A stretch of DNA of 64,000 nt from an uncultured Bryobacteraceae bacterium (GTDB taxonomy: Bacteria > Acidobacteriota > Terriglobia > Bryobacterales > Bryobacteraceae), in assembly GCA_964248065.1 (NCBI GenBank), contig CAXTWQ010000002.1:52281-116280 (forward strand), read 5' to 3'. Positions 57,498-64,000 of the stretch are shown here, in pieces. The notes beneath the pieces are model-generated. The model worked only from the letters and a program-made list of their open reading frames with translations. It had not been told where the DNA came from and did not search any database. Numbering within the stretch: position 1 is the stretch's first letter; every line of letters begins with the position of its first letter. Made by a program: the position numbers and the translations under genes.

Positions 57498-59381
57498 ATG
57501 GTGCTGCTGTCTGCCCTAAACGCCGCCTCGTTATCTAACGGCGCTATCTACGATCGAGCTTCGGAGACGACTCATTTCCGGGTCTGGGCTCCTGAGAGGA
57601 GCAAGGTCGGAGTTGTTTTCGATAACGGGCAAAGCCCGCTGGAGCTTTCGAAAGAGCAAGGATTTTTTAGCGGGACCAGCGAGAGCGCTCGGCCTGGCAC
57701 TCAGTACCGTTTTCAGTTAGATGGCGGGGAGGCTTATCCGGACCCTGCTTCTCGCTTTCAACCGGATGGACCGCACGGCAGTTCAGAGATCGTAGACTCA
57801 CATCAGTTTGCCTGGACAGACTCAGGTTGGCCCGGGGTCAAGTTAAAAGGCCAAGTGATCTATGAGATGCATCTGGGTACTTTCACTGAGGGCGGTACCT
57901 GGCAGTCGGCTGCCGAGAAGCTTCCTTACCTTCGAGACACCGGCATTACGTTGCTGGAAATCATGCCGGTGGCCGAATTTCCGGGGCGATGGGGTTGGGG
58001 TTATGATGGCGTCCAGCTATTTGCGCCTGCCCACATCTACGGGCGTCCGGATGACATGCGTGCCTTTGTAGACGCCGCGCACGCGCTCGGCATTGGCGTG
58101 ATTTTGGACGTGGTGTACAACCACCTTGGGCCGGATGGTAATTACCTTGGGCAGTTTTCGCCCTACTATTTCTCGGATAAACATAACACAGATTGGGGTC
58201 AGGCCATCAATTTTGACGGCGCCAATAGCGGGCCTGTGCGGGATTTCTTCATAGGCAACGCGGAGTACTGGATCAGTGAATTCCATTTGGACGGGTTGCG
58301 CTTTGATGCCACGCAGGACATTCACGATGATGGCGCAGGCTATCATATCCTGAAGGAGATCAGCCAGGCGGCGCGGAATGCTGCGGGGCACCGGTCGATT
58401 TTGCTGGTGGGCGAGAACGAGCCTCAACAAACGCAGCTGATCCGGCCCATTGCGGAGGGCGGCTATGGCCTGGATGCTTTGTGGAACGACGATTATCACC
58501 ATACGGCGACAGTGGCGATAACGGGGAAAGCGGATGCCTACTATAACGATTACCGGGGCACGCCGCAAGAGTTTGTTTCAGCTGCCAAGTACGGCTACCT
58601 CTTTCAGGGGCAGCGCTACAAGTGGCAGAAGCAGCGGCGCGGGACGTCAACATTCGGGCTACCTCGCCCGTCGATGATTAACTTTATTGAGAACCATGAC
58701 CAAGTTGCCAATTCAGCCCGCGGCCAGCGTATGCATGAGCTCACATCTCCGGGTGTTTATAAGGCCCTTACTGCGCTTACGCTGCTGATGCCGGGCACCC
58801 CGATGCTGTTCCAGGGCCAGGAGTTCTGCCCATCCAGCCGCTTCCTCTTTTTCGCCGATCATAAGCCGGAGCTAAACGAAAAAATTAAAGAGGGCCGGGC
58901 TAGCTTCTTGGGGCAATGGCGCTCGCTAGTGCTTCCCGAGATGAAAGCTTGTTTCGACGATCCGGGTTCCCCACAAACTTTTGAAAGATCGAAACTGGAC
59001 TTTGCGGAAGTGGAGAAGCACCACCAGATGTATCGCCTGCATCAAGACCTGCTACGATTGCGCCGCCACGACCCGGTAATTCGCGAGCAGGGCGAAGCTG
59101 GTATCGATGGGGCAGTGCTGGCTCCCGAAGTCTTTGTTTTACGCTTTTTCTCGCCCGACTACAAGACGGATCGCCTTCTGTTAGTTAATCTGAAGGTTGA
59201 TCTCGAGTTTAGTCCGGCACCCGAGCCGTTGCTTGCTCCCCCGTTCGGTGCCAAATGGGTCACGTTATGGTCTTCCGATGATCCTCAATACGGCGGTTGT
59301 GGAACTGCGGTTGTGGATACGGAAGAGAGCTGGCGCATTCCCGGCCAGGCTGCGGTGCTGCTACATCCGATTCCAGACTGA
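57498..59381 (+). CDS. treZ: Malto-oligosyltrehalose trehalohydrolase (GH13)
   Basis: FRVWAP N-domain, GVILDVVYNHLGPDGNYL, DGLRFDATQ, LVGENE. Confidence 0.8.
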   Translation: MVLLSALNAASLSNGAIYDRASETTHFRVWAPERSKVGVVFDNGQSPLELSKEQGFFSGTSESARPGTQYRFQLDGGEAYPDPASRFQPDGPHGSSEIVDSHQFAWTDSGWPGVKLKGQVIYEMHLGTFTEGGTWQSAAEKLPYLRDTGITLLEIMPVAEFPGRWGWGYDGVQLFAPAHIYGRPDDMRAFVDAAHALGIGVILDVVYNHLGPDGNYLGQFSPYYFSDKHNTDWGQAINFDGANSGPVRDFFIGNAEYWISEFHLDGLRFDATQDIHDDGAGYHILKEISQAARNAAGHRSILLVGENEPQQTQLIRPIAEGGYGLDALWNDDYHHTATVAITGKADAYYNDYRGTPQEFVSAAKYGYLFQGQRYKWQKQRRGTSTFGLPRPSMINFIENHDQVANSARGQRMHELTSPGVYKALTALTLLMPGTPMLFQGQEFCPSSRFLFFADHKPELNEKIKEGRASFLGQWRSLVLPEMKACFDDPGSPQTFERSKLDFAEVEKHHQMYRLHQDLLRLRRHDPVIREQGEAGIDGAVLAPEVFVLRFFSPDYKTDRLLLVNLKVDLEFSPAPEPLLAPPFGAKWVTLWSSDDPQYGGCGTAVVDTEESWRIPGQAAVLLHPIPD

Positions 59382-59411
59382 CCTGCCCGGACGACTCTTG
59401 TCCTTTTAAGA

Positions 59412-61487
59412 ATGAGAGAACTCTACACGCGCAAGGCGAATGAGCCTTTGACCGATGACGAGACGCGACTGCTATCGGAATCGGAGTGGCTGGTAACTAA
59501 TGGCTTGGGCGGCTACGCTTCGGGCACGATTCTGGGTGCGCCGACGCGCGTTTTCCATGGATATCTGATTGCGGCTCTGCCTTCTCCCAAAGGGCGAACC
59601 ATGATGCTGAATCAGCTGGTAGAAACTCTGGAGCTTTCGGACGGACGACAGATTACGCTGAATGGATTCAACACCGAATCGCAGAACTTCGATGGCTCCA
59701 TGTACTTTTCGTCCTTCAAGCTTGACCACGGATTGCCGGTCTGGTGCTTCGATGTTGGCGAAATAACGGTTGAAAAGCGAGTGGTTCTGCCACATGGGCA
59801 AAATACTTGCTACATAAGCTACAGCGTTCACTCGGGTGAGGGCTCGGTGACGTTGCGGCTTCGGCCGGCGCTTAATTTCCGCGGACATGAGCAGGCAGTT
59901 AGTACGCCGCTGTCCTCTTATTCAGTTACCTTTCGTGAACAGCATTTTGAGATAAAGAACGAGGATTATCCCCCGCTCCGTATTACGCATTTGGGCCAGG
60001 AAGGAAGCTTCCAGATCGACAATCACGAGTTCCGGGATGTGACCTACGACATTGAGCACGATCGCGGGTACCAGTGGGTCGGTAATTTGTGGAGCCCTGG
60101 TTGTTTTTCGGCCAAGCTGAGCCCAGGTTGCGAGGTGGCGCTGGTGGTTTCTACCGAAAACTGGGAGACCATATCGGCGCTGACACCCAAAGAGGCCTGG
60201 GATGCCGAGCACGACCGGAAGCGGCGCATGTTGCTGGAGGCTGACCGAGGCGCCTGCACGAGTTTCTGTAAAGAGCTGGTCTGGGCAGCCGATCAGTTTA
60301 TTTTCGTTCCCGTAGGTCGCCAGCAAGATGCGGCACGCGCCAGTGCCGCTGGTGATGAGATCCGGAGTATTATTGCCGGTTATCACTGGTTCACCGATTG
60401 GGGCCGGGACACCATGATCAGTCTTGAAGGGTTGACCATGACGACGGGTCGGCTATTTGAGGCGAGCTACATTCTGCGGACTTTTGCGCACTACATCCGC
60501 GACGGTTTGATCCCGAACATGTTCCCTGAAGGCAAGACCAACGGGCTTTATCACACCGCCGACGCTACGCTCTGGTTTTTTCATGCGCTCCATCGGTATC
60601 TGGATCATTCAAATGACCAGGTTCTGCTGGATCAGTTGCTTCCGCAACTGCTCGACATTATTGGGCACCATCTGCGGGGCACCCTCTTTAACATCCATGT
60701 TGACCCGAACGACGGTTTGCTGGTGCAAGGCGAAGAAGGTTACCAGCTGACATGGATGGACGCCAAGGTGGGCGACTGGGTGGTGACGCCGCGCCGGGGA
60801 AAAGCAGTAGAGATTAATGCGCTTTGGTACAACGCCCTGTGCCTGGCCGAGGAGTGGCTGCGGCAAGCGGGCCGCCCGTCGGATGCGAACGGATTGCGCG
60901 AGCACGCCGACAAGGCAAAGCATTCGTTCAACGAGCGGTTCTGGAATCCGGAGACCGGCTTCCTGTTCGATGTGGTGGATGGTCCGGACGGAAAAAATGA
61001 TCCGGTTTGCAGGCCTAACCAGTTGTTTTCCATTTCATTGGACTATCCGGTGTTGGACCAAGACCGATGGGAAGCGGTGGTCCGAGTGGCCCAGGAACGT
61101 CTGCTGACGCCCGTAGGCCTACGGTCGCTTGCGCCCGCTGAACCTGAATATAAGCCGCGGTATGACGGCGACCTGCGGTCGCGCGATGCTGCCTATCACC
61201 AGGGAACGGTTTGGGCATGGTTGATTGGGCCGTTCATCGATGCCTGGTTGAAGACGCACCCTGGCGAGCATGAGAGGGCACGCGGGTTTCTTGCCGGCTT
61301 TGGCATGCACGTGGGCGAGGGTTGTATCGGATCGATTAGTGAAGTGTTTGACGCTACTGAGCCATTTACGCCCCGGGGTTGCTGCGCGCAAGCTTGGAGC
61401 GTGGCAGAAGTACTGAGAAGCTTTGTTGCCACCGATAATGCGCTGAGGCAGTCAGACCAGGAGACGGCTGAGTTGGCTGTTCTCTAA
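59412..61487 (+). CDS. Glycogen debranching enzyme, amylo-alpha-1,6-glucosidase (GDE_C/GH133-like)
   Basis: 691 aa. EWLVTNGLGGYASGT N-terminus; GYHWFTDWGRDTMISL; (alpha/alpha)6-type C-domain blocks. Confidence 0.8.
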   Translation: MRELYTRKANEPLTDDETRLLSESEWLVTNGLGGYASGTILGAPTRVFHGYLIAALPSPKGRTMMLNQLVETLELSDGRQITLNGFNTESQNFDGSMYFSSFKLDHGLPVWCFDVGEITVEKRVVLPHGQNTCYISYSVHSGEGSVTLRLRPALNFRGHEQAVSTPLSSYSVTFREQHFEIKNEDYPPLRITHLGQEGSFQIDNHEFRDVTYDIEHDRGYQWVGNLWSPGCFSAKLSPGCEVALVVSTENWETISALTPKEAWDAEHDRKRRMLLEADRGACTSFCKELVWAADQFIFVPVGRQQDAARASAAGDEIRSIIAGYHWFTDWGRDTMISLEGLTMTTGRLFEASYILRTFAHYIRDGLIPNMFPEGKTNGLYHTADATLWFFHALHRYLDHSNDQVLLDQLLPQLLDIIGHHLRGTLFNIHVDPNDGLLVQGEEGYQLTWMDAKVGDWVVTPRRGKAVEINALWYNALCLAEEWLRQAGRPSDANGLREHADKAKHSFNERFWNPETGFLFDVVDGPDGKNDPVCRPNQLFSISLDYPVLDQDRWEAVVRVAQERLLTPVGLRSLAPAEPEYKPRYDGDLRSRDAAYHQGTVWAWLIGPFIDAWLKTHPGEHERARGFLAGFGMHVGEGCIGSISEVFDATEPFTPRGCCAQAWSVAEVLRSFVATDNALRQSDQETAELAVL

Positions 61488-61506
61488 GGCAGAGAGAGGA
61501 ACGCGG

Positions 61507-62166
61507 ATGGAAGAAGAAAAGATCAGAGTGAATTCTTCAGGCTCGGCTTTCAACAGGCGGGAGTTCGTCGGTGTGGCAGTAGCTGGGGGCGCTGTAACGG
61601 TGCTGGCTGGCGAAACGCAAGCGGCCGCAACCTCCTCGCCGGAGCAGTCAGCTTCGTGCAGTCTGGTGATCAATGGCGAGACCAAGAAGCTGACGGTAGA
61701 CACTCGCGTGACGTTGCTTGATCTTCTGCGCGACCACCTTCATATGACGGGAACCAAGAAGGGCTGTGACCATGGCCAGTGTGGCGCCTGTACGGTTCTG
61801 GTAAATGGGCAGCGGGTTAACTCCTGCCTGAGCCTTGCGGTGATGCACGACGGCGACAGCGTCACAACAATCGAAGGTTTGGCACAGGGTAATGCACTGC
61901 ATCCGGTTCAAGCGGCATTCATTGAGCATGATGGGTTTCAGTGCGGATACTGCACACCGGGCCAGATTTGCTCGGCTGTGGCTTTGCTGGACGAAATAAA
62001 AGCTGGCGCACCCAGCTTTGTGACAGAGCGGCTTTCGACGATCCAGCCGATTGAGCTAACGGATGAAGAAATCAGAGAACGCATGAGTGGCAATCTCTGC
62101 CGATGCGGAGCCTACGCCGGCATTGTGGCAGCGGTTCGCGCTGCGCATGAAGGACGGCGGGCATGA
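61507..62166 (+). CDS. Tat-exported [2Fe-2S] small subunit of a xanthine-dehydrogenase-family oxidoreductase (PaoA/YagT-like)
   Basis: [12 protein letters not shown] twin-arginine signal. Cluster motifs [11 protein letters not shown] and CGYCTPG. Confidence 0.85.
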   Translation: MEEEKIRVNSSGSAFNRREFVGVAVAGGAVTVLAGETQAAATSSPEQSASCSLVINGETKKLTVDTRVTLLDLLRDHLHMTGTKKGCDHGQCGACTVLVNGQRVNSCLSLAVMHDGDSVTTIEGLAQGNALHPVQAAFIEHDGFQCGYCTPGQICSAVALLDEIKAGAPSFVTERLSTIQPIELTDEEIRERMSGNLCRCGAYAGIVAAVRAAHEGRRA

Positions 62167-63155
62167 AGCCTTTCACTTATACGCGCGCGGCTGATACCGA
62201 ACAGGCTGTGCAGTCCTTTACCCAAGTGCCTGAGTCCCGCTTCATCGGTGGCGGTACTAACCTCCTGGACCTGATGAAAATGGGTGTCGAGCGGCCGTCG
62301 CATCTGGTCGACGTCCACCGGCTGCCGCTCACTCAAATTGAAGAGCATGAGGGCGGAGTTCGCATTGGGGCACTGGCCACCAACACCGACGCCGCCAACC
62401 ATCGGCTTATCCGCGAAAGATATCCGGTGCTAAGCCAGGCGATACTGGCCGGGGCCACTCAGCAGTTGCGCAATAAGGCTACCTGTGGCGGCAACCTGCT
62501 GCAGCGTACCCGCTGTTACTACTTTTACGACCCGACCTACGCCGAGTGCAACAAGCGCAACCCTGGTAGCGGATGCGCAGCTATTCCGGGATACAACCGG
62601 ATTCACGCCATTTTGGGAACGAGTGCATCCTGTATTGCCACGCATCCCAGCGACATGGCGGTAGCTTTAATGGCGATTGGTGCAACCGTGCAGGTGGTGG
62701 GACCGCAAGGTGCGCGTGCCATTACGTTGGACGATTTCTACCGGCTGCCGGGCGACACGCCCCAAACCGATACGAATCTGCACAGCGGTGAGCTGATTAC
62801 CGCAATCGATCTGCCTGCCATCCCTTATGCCAAGCGATCTTTTTACTTGAAGGTGCGTGATCGTAACTCATACGCGTTTGCGCTGGTGTCGGTGGCGGCC
62901 ATTGTGGATATGGATGGTGGAACAATTCGGCAGTCGCATATTGCGTTGGGCGGCGTTGCCCATAAGCCGTGGCGTGCAGCGGCGGCTGAAAAACATCTGA
63001 CGGGCAAGACTCTGGATGCGGATACATTGCGCGCTGCTGCCCAAGCTGAACTGAAAGACGCCAAGGGTTACACGGACAACGCTTTCAAGATTGAGTTAGC
63101 CAAGCGCAGCATTGTACGAGCTATGACGACCGCGTCACAGATGGAGGTGGCTTGA
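62163..63155 (+). CDS. FAD-binding medium subunit (PaoB/YagS-like)
   Basis: [14 protein letters not shown] motif. Start overlaps the upstream gene stop. Confidence 0.85.
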   Translation: MKPFTYTRAADTEQAVQSFTQVPESRFIGGGTNLLDLMKMGVERPSHLVDVHRLPLTQIEEHEGGVRIGALATNTDAANHRLIRERYPVLSQAILAGATQQLRNKATCGGNLLQRTRCYYFYDPTYAECNKRNPGSGCAAIPGYNRIHAILGTSASCIATHPSDMAVALMAIGATVQVVGPQGARAITLDDFYRLPGDTPQTDTNLHSGELITAIDLPAIPYAKRSFYLKVRDRNSYAFALVSVAAIVDMDGGTIRQSHIALGGVAHKPWRAAAAEKHLTGKTLDADTLRAAAQAELKDAKGYTDNAFKIELAKRSIVRAMTTASQMEVA

Positions 63156-63156
63156 G

Positions 63157-64000
63157 ATGCCTGGAATTATCGGACAGCCGGTAGACCGTATTGATGGAAC
63201 CTTGAAAGTCACCGGCCGGGCGGTATACGCCTACGAGCAGCAGGTAGAGAATGCCGCTTATGGAGTGCTGATCACCAGCACGATTCCCAAGGGACGCATC
63301 ACGGCGATTGATTCGAGCGCCGCTGAGAAGTCGCGCGGTGTGTTGCTGGTGATGAGCCATTTAAACGCGCCGAAACTAGCCGGACTCAAAGACCAAAAGC
63401 CGTCTCCGATTACAGGTCGCGTTATTCAAGCGTTTCAGGACGACTTGGCCCGCTATGCTGGTCAGCCAGTTGCGTTGGTCGTTGCTGAAACATTGGAGCA
63501 GGCAATCGAAGGCGCGCATCTGGTGGGCGTGAAGTACGCGATTGAGCGACACGCGGTTGATTTGGATGGACGAATTTCGCAAGCTTATGAGCCGCCCAAA
63601 GCCGGCGGGCAGCAAGAATCGTCAGCGAGCAATCGCGGCAATATGCAAAGCGGCATGGCCGAGGCTGACTCGCGGATGCACGAGGTTTATCGGACCCCGT
63701 ATGAGTTTCACAATCCTATGGAGCAGCATGCAACGATTGCCGTTTGGGATAAGCCGGATCACCTAACGCTCTACGATTCGACGCAGGGCGTTTTCCCTGA
63801 CCGCGAGCGCGTTGCCCACGTCTTCAGCATGCCCAGCGAGAGCATACATGTCATCTCGCCTTTCATTGGCGGTGGGTTCGGAAGCAAGGGCCCTGTTTGG
63901 TCGCACGTTGTGATTGCGGCTATGGCGGCAAAGCAGCTAAACCGGCCAGTGCGCTTGGAAGTGCAGCGGCCGCAGATGTTCGGTCCGGTCGGTATGCGGT
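63157..64000 (+). CDS. Molybdopterin-binding large subunit (PaoC/YagR-like), truncated by the window end
   Basis: ATG at 63157. Open frame to 64000, absent from the ORF track. My translation: MPGIIGQPVDRIDGTLKVTGRAVYAYEQ...FIGGGFGSKG.... Confidence 0.8.
   Translation, partial: MPGIIGQPVDRIDGTLKVTGRAVYAYEQQVENAAYGVLITSTIPKGRITAIDSSAAEKSRGVLLVMSHLNAPKLAGLKDQKPSPITGRVIQAFQDDLARYAGQPVALVVAETLEQAIEGAHLVGVKYAIERHAVDLDGRISQAYEPPKAGGQQESSASNRGNMQSGMAEADSRMHEVYRTPYEFHNPMEQHATIAVWDKPDHLTLYDSTQGVFPDRERVAHVFSMPSESIHVISPFIGGGFGSKGPVWSHVVIAAMAAKQLNRPVRLEVQRPQMFGPVGMR

Noticed and set aside
1-64000. CRISPR arrays, rRNA genes, prophage or defence-system gene clusters
   Set aside because: None was seen. There are no short regularly spaced direct repeats and no cas, restriction-modification, toxin-antitoxin or phage structural genes. 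The single Uma2-family gene is a common stand-alone family.

Overview
The window looks like a chromosomal segment of an Acidobacteriota (Terriglobia-like) genome. That assignment is an inference from protein types: a CarboxypepD_reg-type TonB-dependent receptor, secreted TPR proteins and a GT39 membrane glycosyltransferase. No rRNA genes or CRISPR arrays were seen.

Most of the window is housekeeping or ordinary accessory metabolism:
- gcdH-like acyl-CoA dehydrogenase, cysS, two Cys/Met PLP enzymes, a polyprenyl glycosylphosphotransferase, galE
- a MacB-type ABC exporter with an AttH/CrtC-like lipocalin
- a kdpFABC locus with an embedded porin and a sensor-only KdpD
- rbfA, hemE, hemY, an S41 protease, dxr, rseP
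- a large TonB-dependent receptor, an S9 peptidase, treZ, a GDE-type debranching enzyme
- a PaoABC-like periplasmic molybdo-oxidoreductase, cut by the window end
- tRNA-Asp(GTC) and tRNA-Pro(GGG)

I found no recognisable defence island, toxin system or other clear new multi-gene system.

The observations most worth a second look are:
1. A 368-bp non-coding unit between kdpD' and rbfA, bounded by long imperfect inverted repeats. Its core motif recurs a third time at 17.9 kb.
2. A decayed patch at 41.9-45.9 kb. It holds a multiply frameshifted S41-like peptidase and an M61 peptidase split by an internally deleted IS21-family element that carries a foreign membrane ORF.
3. An orphan minimal PAAR gene followed by about 640 bp with no convincing gene.
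4. A cytochrome c / PHM-like copper monooxygenase fusion.
5. The unusual kdp locus: an extra 27-aa peptide, a porin, and KdpD lacking its kinase half.
6. Four genes with frame disruptions, several at short mononucleotide runs. These may be sequencing artefacts rather than biology.

All calls rest on reading the translations and sequence by eye. No database search was run.
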